Assembly: GCF_030684315.1 (NCBI RefSeq)
Contig: NC_081391.1
Coordinates: 21,412,629-21,476,628, forward strand
Direction: 5' to 3'
Length of the DNA: 64,000 nt
From: Stegostoma tigrinum
Lineage: Eukaryota
The notes below the pieces were generated by a model. It worked only from the letters and a program-made list of their open reading frames with translations. It did no database searches and was not told where the DNA came from. The translations under genes and the position numbers were made by a program. Of the stretch, positions 1 through 14,787 are shown one piece after another (position 1 is the stretch's first letter; the number at the start of each line of letters is the position of its first letter).

Positions 1-338
1 CTAAATGTGTACTTAGGCTGTGACCCCTGGTCCTGAACTTTTCCATCATCAGGAACATCCTTCCTGTCTTTTCCACAGCTGACACTGTTACAATTTTCGA
101 TGACCCCGAGCCAATTTCCCATCTTTCTTTCCCAAATCCCAGCACAACAGGCTGAGAAACTGACACTCCCCTTCCTCAATGAGTCCCTTGTGCAGTTGAT
201 CACAACCACCATAATTTAAAAACAAAACGAGCAATCTTTTCTCAAACCATATTTACTTCTTTCAGAAAAGAACCAAATGACCTATGACCTGATTGAGTGG
301 TGCAGAAGGTTTGAGATGCCGAATGGCCTCCTGCTGTT

Positions 339-560
339 CCAATCACAGAATAACCATCCAGACCTGGCTCTCATCTCCACCTCTGATCAGCTCTGCTTAA
401 CACACCCTCCCCCTCTCTCTCATTGGTGCCTCTATGCATGGGTGGCTCCTGATTGGCTAGCAGCAACTGTCAGTCATCATCAGTTCTGCCTCTCTCTGTG
501 TGACTGCAGGATGGTCCCAGGACTATAAATACAAGAGCCTGTGGGAGAGAGAGACTTAGT
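339..560 (+). promoter_or_regulatory. Ferritin copy 1 proximal promoter (CCAAT 339-343, CACCC ~403, reverse CCAAT 422-426 and 452-456, TATAAATA 524-531, Inr-like TTAGTT ~556)
   Basis: Motifs read directly. The block recurs upstream of copies 3, 5, 6, 7, 8 and 10 (TATA altered in 5 and 7). Confidence 0.75.
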
Positions 561-600
561 TCTAGAGTTTTCTTGGTGCTTGTGAGCAGGAATAGTGAAG

Positions 601-2996
<2,396 letters not shown>

Positions 2997-3064
2997 GTGA
3001 GGTCAATAATGTGTCTGTTGTACATGGTGACATAATGCTAGTAACTTGGTTGTGCTCTGAGCAA

Positions 3065-3070
3065 ATTAAA
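3065..3070 (+). terminator. Putative polyadenylation signal ATTAAA of copy 1
   Basis: ATTAAA ~70 nt after the stop. Conserved at the equivalent position in 8 of 10 copies. Confidence 0.6.
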
Positions 3071-5078
3071 ATAGTGTTCACCATGGAACTGAGTACTTTG
3101 TATAATTTCACAGCTGCTTCTGGCTCTTGGTATTGCTGTTTGACACCTGATCATTAATTCCTTTTCTGTTCTGATTAACCTTTGATTCAATGCCTGCCCC
3201 AGTCGTCTGCTCCTTTTCTCTCGTTTGTAGGAATTAGGTGGGCAATCCTCGCAGTGGAAATTCCACAAGTGTTCAATTTGGGTTTTTGGCTAGTAAGCAG
3301 TGTTGTATTGACTTTTTTATTCCAAACCAGCTTCTAGTCAATATCTTCAGTGAAACCAGCCCCCTGTCTCAATGTTAGACACTGCCCTTGGCAATGTTCA
3401 AGTCTCTTTTGTAAATAAGCAGGGGCAGGAAATAGCAGGTTTGGGGAGCATCTGTGGAGAGAACTGTTCTCAGTCCCAGGACCCAAGATACAGTCACATC
3501 TCGTGACAGATGTTGCCAGACCTGTGAGGCTTTCCAGCAATTTTTTTGTCGCACTTCAAATCTAGCAATTTGAGCATACTTTCACTCTTTTGAACAGGAA
3601 TATATAGTGGAACATCCAGCATCTAAGATGCACTGATCTTTAGCACTTTAGATAAGCAATTGTTTCCAGAGCTGGGAAATAGTTTACTCTCTTTTGCTGC
3701 AGTGGGGGAAGGAGTAAGGGCACTGCCTGATTGTAGGAGAATGGCAAAATTTGTTTTCTCGTGTATCAGTCTTTCTGCTTTTAGACAATGATCCTCATTA
3801 TGTAATGCAGCAGTGCCCACCTTGGAGCCCCTGTGGTAGAACTTCTATCATTGCTCTGCAATGTAGAGATGCCAAAGGCTCAGGACACCTAGTAAAAATA
3901 AAGCTAGAATGCAAATGCCACTAGCAGAAAGCAGCAGTTTGTGTGCTTAGCAAGGAAATAAGCTCTCCTGATCTACGCTGACCGGCATGTACCTCCACCT
4001 GCAATGTGCTATGGCTGCCTAATTACTGGTGCTCAGGGGTGACAGTTTCCTTTTATTTAAAGGATGAGGATGTCTCTGAGCTGACACCATTTATTTATCC
4101 ATTGCTCATTGTCCCCAAGGCCAGGTCAAAGTCACACACGTGGCTGTGGTTGCAGCGTCATACGCAGGCCAGGTAAGGATGGGTTTTTGACACTGAATAT
4201 AATGCTCCTCATCAGCTTCTTAATTCTAGAACTCCAGAGAGTTGTCGCACAGAATTAGGAGATCATTCCACCACTCCAGAAACTTGATGGCCTCCAGCAG
4301 CCACTAGATGCATTCTTTGCACCACTGACACACACGGAGTACACTGTGTACTGCCTCCCAAAAGCTGGAGAAATCCACCAAAGCTCCTGAGAATACTTTC
4401 CAAAGCCCTAATTACTTGCCATGGGAGAAAGGCATCTGATACAGGGGAAAACCACCCCCTCTAAGTTCTCCATCAAGCTACCTGCCATCCTGAGTTGGAA
4501 ACACAACACCCCATTCTCCAGTGTTGGTGGATCAGAATCCTGGAATTCCCTCACTAGGAACATTGTGGATCTGACTACAGCAATTAAAGAAGGAAAGCCA
4601 CCCCATTCTCTCATGGTGGGTGTGATCTCCGAGCGGGTCAAATACCTCTGGCTGGGCCGCCTTTTGTGAAATTGTCAAGTTCTAGCTCAACTCCATCTCG
4701 AGTGCATGGTTCTAGTAGGTTCAATCCAAAGATGCTTATGCACAGAATTTCTGGAATGAACCTGGGCAGAAAGTTAATTGGCTACGATGATAATCGTTTT
4801 CCCAAGTCCCTCGATGTAGAAGTGGACGGGATGTCTGTGCTTGAAATTTACAAGTGGATTCATGGATTTGACAGGGTAGATAGAGAGATCCTGCTTCTTT
4901 TCAATTCACATCCAGGACTGAGAGGGGGGAATATGATTACATTCCTAGCAGTAGAAGTAAATCATCCATGATAAAGCAAAAAACAGCTGCTTTTTGGAAA
5001 GGATAATATGTGAATGAGCAGTTAGATATTTATTCGGTAAGATGTTGATGTTGCCAATCACTTTCCCATTGGAACATA

Positions 5079-6254
5079 TGACCAAACAGGTAGATGAGAG
5101 TAAACCGGTTGATGTGGTGTATATGCATTTCGGCAAGGCGTTCGATTAGGCTCCCCACAGTAGGCTATTGTACAAAATGCGGAGGAATGGGATTGTGGGA
5201 GATATAGCAGTTTGGATCAAAAATTGGCTTGCTGAAAGAAGACAGGGTGGTGGTTGATGGGAAATGTTCATCCTGGAGACCGGTTACTCGCGGTGTACCG
5301 CAAGGGTCCGTGTTGGGTCCACTGCTGTTTGTCATTTTTATAAACGTAGAAGGATGGGTTAGTAAATTTGCAGATAACACTAAGGTCGGTGGAGATGTGG
5401 GTAGTGACGAAGAATGTTGTAGGTTACAGAGAGACGTGGATAAGTTGCAGAGCTGGGCTGAGAGGTGGCAAATGGAGGTTAATGCCGACAAGTGTGAGGT
5501 GATGCACTTTGGTAGGAGGAACCGGAAGGCAAAGTACTGTAAGATTCTTGGTAGTGTAGATGAGCAGCGAGATCTCGGTGACCATGTACACAGATCCTTG
5601 AAAGTTGCCACCCAGGTTGACAGGGTTGTTAAGAAGGCATACAGTGTTTTAGCTTTTATGAATACAGGGATCGTGTTCCGGAACCAAGAGGTTATGCTGC
5701 AGCTGTACAAAACTCTTGTGCGGCCGCACTTGTAGCATTGCGTACAGTTCTGGTCACCGCATTATAAGAAGGATGTGGAAGTTTTGGAAAGGGTGCAGAG
5801 GAGGTTTACTGGGATGTTGCCTGGTATGGAGGGAAAGTCTTACGAGCAAAGGCTGAGGGACTTGAGGCTGTTTTCGTTAGAGAAAAGAAGGTTGAGAGGT
5901 GACTTAATTGAGACATCTAAGATAATCAAAGGGTTAGACAGGTTGGATAGGGAGAGCCTTTTTCCCAAGACGGAGACAGCGAGCACGAGGGGCATAGCTT
6001 TAAATTGAGGGGTGAAAGATATACGACAGATGTCAGAGGTAGTTTCTTTACTCAGAGAATAGCAAGGGTGTGGAACGTTTTGCCTGCAACGGTAGGAGAT
6101 TCACCAACGTTAAGTACGTTTAAGTTGTCATTGGACAAGCATATGGACGTACATGGAATAGTGTAGGTTAGATGAGCTTCAGATCGGTATGACAGGTCGG
6201 CACAACGTCAAGGGCCGAAGGGCCTGTACTGTGCTGTCATGTTCTCTGTTCTAT
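5079..6254 (+). mobile_element. 5'-truncated CR1-clade LINE (RT C-terminal half, disrupted)
   Basis: ORFs 5229-5735 and 5775-6008 with GVPQGSVLGPLLF, KFADNTK and LYKTLVRPHL. TTCTAT-type 3' tail. Flanked by AACATA (5073-5078, 6255-6260), and the empty site is visible at ~31812. Confidence 0.92.
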
Positions 6255-6276
6255 AACATAAAAGATGAATGCATTT

Positions 6277-6800
6277 AAGATTATTTTCATTAGAAGGGTG
6301 ATGGGGTCGGGGGGGAACCTGACTGAGGTCAACAAAATCATGAGAACTATAGACAAGGTGAATAGCAAGAAGCTTTTTCCCAGAGTCGGGGATTCAATGA
6401 CTCGGAGTCATGAGTTCAAAATAAGAGCAAAGTTTCGAGGGGATTTGGTTAGATTGCCTACAGTGTGGAAACAGGCCCTTTAAGCCAAAAATGTCCACAC
6501 TGGCCCTTGAAGCATCCCACCAAAACCCCCCACACTTCTGAACGCTACGGGCAATTTATCATGTGGATGTGTGGCAAGCTCTTTACGCAGAGGTTGGAGG
6601 GTGCCTGGCACACTTTGCCTGTGGAGGTGGTAGACGAAGTCACGCAAGTGTCTTTTTAAGATGTATCAGGACAGGTACATGGATGGGCAGGGAGCAAAGG
6701 GATACTGACCCTAGAAAAGAGATGACAGACTTACACAGGATCTCGATCGGTGCAGGCTTGGAGGGCCGAAGGGCCTGTTCCTGTGCTGTGATTTTCTTTG
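6277..6800 (+). mobile_element. Older degenerate CR1-like LINE 3' remnant, homologous to the intron-1 remnant of copies 6 and 10
   Basis: KIMRTIDKVNSKKLFPRVG-like translation and a GGGCCGAAGGGCCTG tail. Matches ~34440-34940. Confidence 0.7.
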
Positions 6801-6906
6801 TTCTTAAATGTGGAATCAAGATAGTGACCAGGTTAGTTTCTGATTGAGGAGTGCCATTGATTAACATCAGATATGTTTCCCTTTCCTGCCTTTCTCTTCC
6901 CCACGG

Positions 6907-8116
<1,210 letters not shown>

Positions 8117-10469
8117 ATGGGGTCAATATCTATATCTGTTGTACAAGGTGACCTCATTCTACTAAATGACTAGTTGTGCTCTGAGCAAATTAAAATAGTG
8201 TTCACCATGGAACTGAGCACAGTGTGTAATTTTCATAGCTTCTGGTTCTTGGAGCTTTTTGTGTTTTAATGTCTGATCATCAATCCTTTGTTCTTTGTGA
8301 CAAGCTTTTGATTCAATGCCTGCCCCAGTAACTTGATCAGTGTTTGATTCTGCTGTGTCTGGGGATTGAGTGGGCAATCCTTTTATTGGAAATTCCATAA
8401 CTGGTAAGGTTGTTGACAGATAAATCAGCATTACTGACATGTACTCACAGGGACAAGTTTGCAGGACCAGCTTCTAATCAATACACTGACTGAAATCATT
8501 CCTTTGCCTAAAGGGTAGGCACTGATCTAATGCACTGCCCTTGGCCATGTGTTTGCATCTCTTTTAAATAAGGAGATTCTGGAAACCAGGAACACAACCT
8601 GCTGGGAAATCTCAGGTTGGGCAGCATTGGTAGGGAGAAGGGTTGAACAGAACCTGGACATGAGACACTCAATCATCTCTTGATTGACTTTGTTGCCTGA
8701 CAGTGAGGTGTTTTCCAGCAATTTGTTGTAATGCCTCGATGTTAGTGATTTTAGTAGTTTGTAAAATTCCTCCTTACAAGACTAAGATACAATGCTTTTC
8801 CACAGTCTCTTTTTTTCTTTGACATAAGCAATTGCTCATGTCATTGTTCCCAGAGCTAGGGAATTAGTTTCTTCAGTATTTCCTTTATACATGTAGGAGA
8901 AGGAAAAATCTACCTTCTCTTAGAATGCTAACGTCTAGGAACGGCCATGCGAATGAAGCGGTGCCCACCTCGTTCCCTGTGTGATAATTTCTATTATTAC
9001 CCTGCAACGAAGAGGTGACAAATACTGAGGATGCCTGGTGGAAAATCAAGCTAAAATACAAATACCAGGTGCAGAATCGGCAGTTCCAATTTTTACGTTT
9101 ATTAATCTTCAGCAGGAGAGCTGATCTGGCTGACCTGTGACTCCAAACAGTGCACTGTGGTGGCCTAATCACTATCAATCAGCCCTGAATTACAATGTGA
9201 CTGGTTTGTGTAAGTGCTTTAACAGGATCAGGCTATCACTGACAGGCAGCATTTATTATCCATCTCTGATTACCCACCCAGCCCATGAGTAATTCAAATT
9301 AAACCCCTTTGCTCTGCCTGTGGCGTTACGCAAAGGCCCGATCAGGTAAGGATGGCAGTTTCTTACGAACAAGGACATTAGTGAACCAGAAGAGGCTTGT
9401 TTGGACCATCTCTTCTGGAAAGAGAATGATGTGCATGAAATTCTGTCAAGTCAGACAGTATCAGGATTACAGGTGTCAGTCTAACACTCCAGAATGTTGA
9501 CAGCCTCCAGCAAACGAGCAGCCACTTTCGTCTATCCTTCCACCACTGACATACGCAGAGACTGCAATATATACCATCTACCAAATGCTGTAGGAATCCA
9601 CCAAAGCTCCTCAGCCAACTTCTTAAAACCGTAACTACTTTCCATCGGACAAGGGCAGATGATATGTGGGAACACCACGTTCTACACCAAACCACCGATC
9701 AGCTGGTGTTGGAAACATCGCTCCCAGGTTCCCTCCCTAACAGCAGTATGGGTTTGATTACACCAAATGGGCAACAGTAATGCAAGAAGGCAAGGCACCA
9801 CATTCTCTAAACTAATGTTGGCCCTGATCTCTGAGGGGTTCAAATACCTCTGGATGAAGAGGTTTTGGTGAAATGGTCAAGTTCCTGTTCAACCACAGCC
9901 GGAGTGCACAGTTCTGGCAGGTTCGACCCAAAGATGGTTATGCACAGAATTTCTGGAAGTAACCTGGACAGAGAGATGGTTAATTCATGATAACGGCTTG
10001 TCTAGTCCCTCTGTGTCGGAAGTTAAGGGATGGCTGTAATTGATAATTTTCAGAGGATTAATGGATTTGACAGGGTAGAGAGGAAAGAACCCATTTCTTC
10101 TCAATGATCATCTCGGACTGTGCGCAGAATGGGATGACAATCTTCACATTAGAATTACATCATCCAGGATAATATCAAAAACAATTTCTTTGTGGAAAGG
10201 ACAATATCTGCACACACAGATATTTACTGCACAAGGTTTGATGTTGCCAATCACTTTCCAATTTCAACAAAAAAAAGTGAGTAATGCATTTTTGTCGAAG
10301 AAACACAAAGTCAAAACAGGCTCGATGTTACAAATCTGATGTGAGTACAGGAGCTCAGCGACTTTCAGTTTCAAGTATGTGATTATCTGAAAGTGGTCAG
10401 GCAGGATGAAGCTGTTATTAATGGAGATTGAGCCACTTTTGTGAACCTTGTGTTTTCAAATTGAGGCAT

Positions 10470-11030
10470 CGAGTATAAAAGCAACGAATTGATGTTACAC
10501 CTCTACAAATCATTGGTTAGACCACATTTCCATTATGTACTCAGTTCTGGGCGTGACATTCAAGGAAGGATGTGAAAAACCTCAAAAGTGTTCAAAGGTG
10601 ATTTATTACGATGACCCCAGGAATGGGGAATTTTAGATACACGGAAAGATTAAGGAAAATGGGGGAAATCTCCTTGTAGGTGACCTTATTGACGTGATCA
10701 AAACTATGATCAATTTTGTCAGAGTAAAGCAGGATATTCTGATTTCAGCAGTTGACTTGTCAGTGACGAGGGGTCACAGTTTGTCAGTAGGGGAGATCAG
10801 AGTGAAATGGTTAGAAAACTCTTTGCTCAGAAAGTTGTTCGGATTTGGAATGTGCTGCCTGGGAGAGTGACGGAGGTCGATTCCATGGTTGGTTTCAGAA
10901 CAAGAGTTGGATATGTCCTTGGAAGTGACGAATTTAGAGAGTGACAGAGATAGGGCTGGAAAGTGAGACTAATCAGGTAGCTCTTTCAGAAGCTATTACA
11001 GGAACGGTGGGCTGAACGGCCTCCTGTTGT
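10470..11030 (+). mobile_element. Ancient degenerate CR1-like LINE remnant carried in the spacers (also ~18200-18770, 25220-25800, 32000-32575, 45330-45890, 55990-56560)
   Basis: Decayed 'ctctacaaatcattggttagaccacattt...cagttctgg' (LYKSLVRPHL..QFW) and a 'gggctgaatggcctcc' tail. Confidence 0.7.
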
Positions 11031-11588
11031 GAAAAACGCTCTGAATTTCCACTCAGGAAATTCTGAGAGTTTGGGGACGGGGTTTGAATTCCACCTGTAC
11101 AAGGCACCTTTAATGTGGGAAAGCTGTTACACGCCAGCAGAGACATGGTCCTTTACACAAGGTAGACCCAGTTCCACTGGCAAAGAAATGTTGACTGGGG
11201 ATCCCCCCACTGCTGACCAACACCCACTGTCACAGCCAACGATCGCACACACCTATCTTCCACCTGGATGGCCGCTGGGGACTGGTTTTGCATTGCACTT
11301 TATCAGGACCCTCCCCTCGATCGTACCATCCTGGGTGGCCCTGCCAGGAGGTGAAATCCTCTTCACTTATCACTCTGAGAACCAACAGAACACTCGAGGC
11401 TTTCCATCACTGCGAGGTGACAATCCACAGGCAGGAGCTGGAGGCAGGGAGATTCTGCTCAGGTACAGACCCACCACAGAATCGGAGAATTGTTATGGCA
11501 CAGCAGGAGGCCATTCGGTCCTTTGTGCCTGTACCTGTTCTGGTTGTTTTCTAAATCTGCCTGTAGAGATGATTTAAGATCTCTGGAT

Positions 11589-11656
11589 CTGGTAGGAACT
11601 TGTACCAAGGCCTCCTGGTCCACAGCTAGGGACATGACCCCTTAACCACAAGACCC
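11589..11656 (-). mobile_element. tRNA-derived SINE head, degenerate (copies at ~26367-26434, 39626-39693, 46449-46516)
   Basis: Minus strand reads GGGTCTTGTGGTTAAGGGGTCATGTCCCTAGC...GGCCTTGGTACAAGTTCC, with A-box-like and B-box-like Pol III motifs. Confidence 0.55.
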
Positions 11657-11684
11657 TGGCTGCGCTAGTTGCACAAACGTGGAA

Positions 11685-12000
11685 TCATAGAAAATAAATG
11701 TTGAGTCGGCCATTCATCCCTTCCAGCCTGCTCTGCCATTCCATGTGATTGTGGCTGATTCCATAACTCAGCACCATATTCTCACCCTCTCTGCATTCCC
11801 TTTTGATCCAGCCCTCAAAGCTCTCCCCAATTCCTGTTTTGGCTTCAATCCTTTTCTGTGGCAGAGAATTCCACAGGATCCACCACCCCGCCCCCCGAGG
11901 TGAAGAGATTTCTCCTCACCTCAGTTCTAAATGTATCCTTAGACTGCAAACCCTGGTCCTGAACTCCCCCATAATCAGGAACATCCTTCCTGTCTTTTCC
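11685..12000 (-). mobile_element. Degenerate CR1-like 3' end, antisense (also ~26460-26800, 39720-40060, 46540-46870)
   Basis: Minus translation FRTEMRRNLFTERVGVLWNSLPQK in the 26549-26932 copy, with a TTCTATGATTC tail. Confidence 0.7.
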
Positions 12001-12523
12001 ACAGCTGACACTGTTACAATTTTCTATGACCCAGAGACAATTTCCCAACTTTCTTTCCCAAATCCCAGCATAACAAGCTGAGAAACTGATGCCCCTCTTC
12101 CTCATTGAATCCCTCATGCAGTTGCTCACAACCACCTTAATTAAAAAAAATGTGAAAACTTTTCTCAAACCAAATTGACTTATTTTAAAAAAGAACCAAA
12201 TAACACACGACCTGAGTGAGTGGTGCAGAAGGTTTGAGATGCTGAATGGCCTCTTGCTGTTCCAATCACAGAATAACCATCCAGACCTGGCTCTCATCTC
12301 CACCTCTGATCAGCTCTGCTTAACACACCCTCCCCCTCTCTCTCATTGGTGCCTGTATGCATGGGTGGTTCCTGATTGGCCACCAGCAACTGTCAGTCAT
12401 CATCAGTTCTGCCTCTCTCTGTGTGACTGCAGGATGGTCCCAGGACTATAAATACAAGAGCCTGTGGGAGAGAGAGACTTAGTTCTAGAGTTTTCTTGGT
12501 GCTTGTGAGCAGGAATAGTGAAG

Positions 12524-14787
12524 ATGGTTTCCCAAGTGTGTCAGAACTACCACAAGGACTGTGAGGATGCTGTTAACAAGCAGATCAACCTGGAGCTCTA
12601 TTCCTCCTATGTTTACCTCTCCCTGGTGAGCTTTGTGGAATTGAAGCCTGTGCTATGATAGTGTTGACCTGTTTGGTTTTTATGCTGGGTTAATGAATTA
12701 GCTGTAACATGTATTATTTTCTGTGGCCCTTCCCCTGTTGCAATCTAGTGCAGGTCTTATCACTGACTCTCTGTTCAAAACTTGACCACTGTCTTCATGT
12801 CCAACTGGCTCCTGGATGTGGATGCCCAGCTTGCTGTCTCTGGACAATGTAACCCTTGGTGATTTTTTTCATCTAACTCTGGAGGGATGATCTGGTCTTG
12901 GTCAATAATTAATTTTTGTAAAACTTTGGTTGTATTCCTTTTCTCAACAAAAGCTTTTCCTGACACAAATATACTCCTTTTTTAAAACCTTGCCCTATTC
13001 ACCGGACTGTCTTGTGCTCAAGATGTCAAGTTCCCTGAACTAAAAGAACAGCTGCTGCTAGACATTAAACACTAACAAAAATAGCTAGAAAAGCTCTACA
13101 GAGCTGGAAGAAATCCAAGCTCTGGGTCCATTGACCCTTTCTCAGAAGTGGCTTTGAGCTATGCAATGTGAGGAAAGGGGCACATTTTCAGACTATGTAT
13201 GTGTTTTTTTTTCTTTCTCTCTAACAAAGCAGTTAAAATTCTGTGGAGTGGGTGGTAGGACACTGCGGTTATTCAGGTGGGTGATAGTGATAATGAGACT
13301 GCTGACTGAGCTTTCTGGTTGTGTTAATGAACACATGTCCCTTCATTCAGTTGGACAGGGGCCGAACTGGTCTCCACCTCCTGAACAATAGTGTTTCTAA
13401 CCTGCAGAGCAGGGATGTCTAATGGCTCTAGACAGCTCTCCCCTTCATCATCCATGGAAGGTGACTTCCTGCTTTGTCTGTTTTTTTAACCACTTAAATG
13501 TGGAATCCAGATGGTGCCCAGGTTAGTTCCAGAGTGAGGAGTGTCATTCATGAATTTCAGACAGTTTCCTTTTAGCCTCTCTCTTCCCACAGTTCTCTTA
13601 CTTTGACCGGGATGATGTTGCCCTGCATCACTTTGCTGAGTTCTTCAAGGAGCAGTCCCATGAGGAACGGGAACACGCTGAGAAACTGATGGCATTCCAG
13701 AATAAACGTGGAGGTCGAGTCATCCTGCAGGACATCAAGGTTAGATTCTGAAGCCTTCTGTTTGCAGCTTTTTGTGAGCAGCTACAATCGACTGGTATCT
13801 CCATCTATTTAGCTTTAGCCTTGAACAAATACTGTGTGAAGGGGAGGGTGTTCACCAAAATAGGATTCCTTTAGGTTGAAAGGAAATACTCTGCACTTAT
13901 GAGGAACCAGAATAGTGAGTAGATATCAATGTGAATGACTCTCCTTCAGACAGAATGAGGTAACAAAAGCTAAGACAGGAAATTGTTGCACTGTGGAAAG
14001 TAGCAGTGTCCAGCCTTTCTGAATCTGGAAGATGTTTCTAACACCACAATAGTGAAGCCAGGAACTACTTCCATTGGTACCTATTCTCTACATGTGAATT
14101 CTGAGAATCTACATTAACAGTAGAATGTGTTTAGAAAATTTGTTATTCCCTCAGTACAAAATCTAGTTGTTGTCTTCAAATTCAAGTTGGTTTGCAGTAC
14201 CTCCCCTACAATGATGAGGGATAACTAACTGATCAGATGTAGACTAATGATACAACTGCCTGCTGAACTGTGCTTTCTGTTCCTGCTTCCCTCCCTCCAG
14301 AAGCCAGAGCAGGATGAGTGGGGCAGTGGTCTGGAGGCAATGCAGAGAGCTCTGCAGATGGAGAAGGATGTGAACCAGAGTCTGCTGGATCTGCACAAAC
14401 TCGCCTCTGGCCACACTGACCCTCATGTGAGTTTGTAAACTTTCTTCTTGGAAGAAAGTGGTGTGTTTGTGCACTCTCTGGGTAAAAATCCAATTACCTT
14501 CTCCCAGCCTCCTGCAGGCTGGTAAAACAAACTTACAAATGCATCACCTCAGTGGACCTCCACCTGGTTGTGATGGTCACATCTGTCATGGGGGTCACTT
14601 TCAGACACTTTTGATCCTCTGGATTAATTTTCTCTTCCAGCTGTGTGACTTCCTGGAGAGGCAATACTTGGATGAGCAAGTGAAGATGATCAAGAAGCTG
14701 GGAGATCACATCACCAACCTGAAGAGACTGGGAGCCCCTGACAATGGCATGGGAGAGTACCTGTTTGACAGGCTCACACTCGGCTGA
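12524..14787 (+). CDS. Ferritin heavy/middle-type subunit, copy 3 (intact); exons 12524-12625, 13593-13739, 14301-14426, 14641-14787
   Basis: TATAAATA 12447-12454, canonical splice sites and open frame. Variants M34L, ERQY and C-terminal LTLG. Confidence 0.94.

Noticed and set aside
460-482. GCAACTGTCAGTCA as an antioxidant response element
   Set aside because: Spacing is TGAC-n4-GC rather than TGAC-n3-GC, so it cannot be supported from sequence alone.
277-528. Recurrent ~70-100 aa ORF (…NGLLLFQSQNNHPDL…) upstream of most copies
   Set aside because: It overlies the promoter, has variable starts and ends, and shows no recognisable domain. Recurrence is explained by duplication.
11589-11656. 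Possible tRNA gene
   Set aside because: The boxes are degenerate, there is no convincing cloverleaf, and it sits among retroposon debris. Treated as a SINE head.
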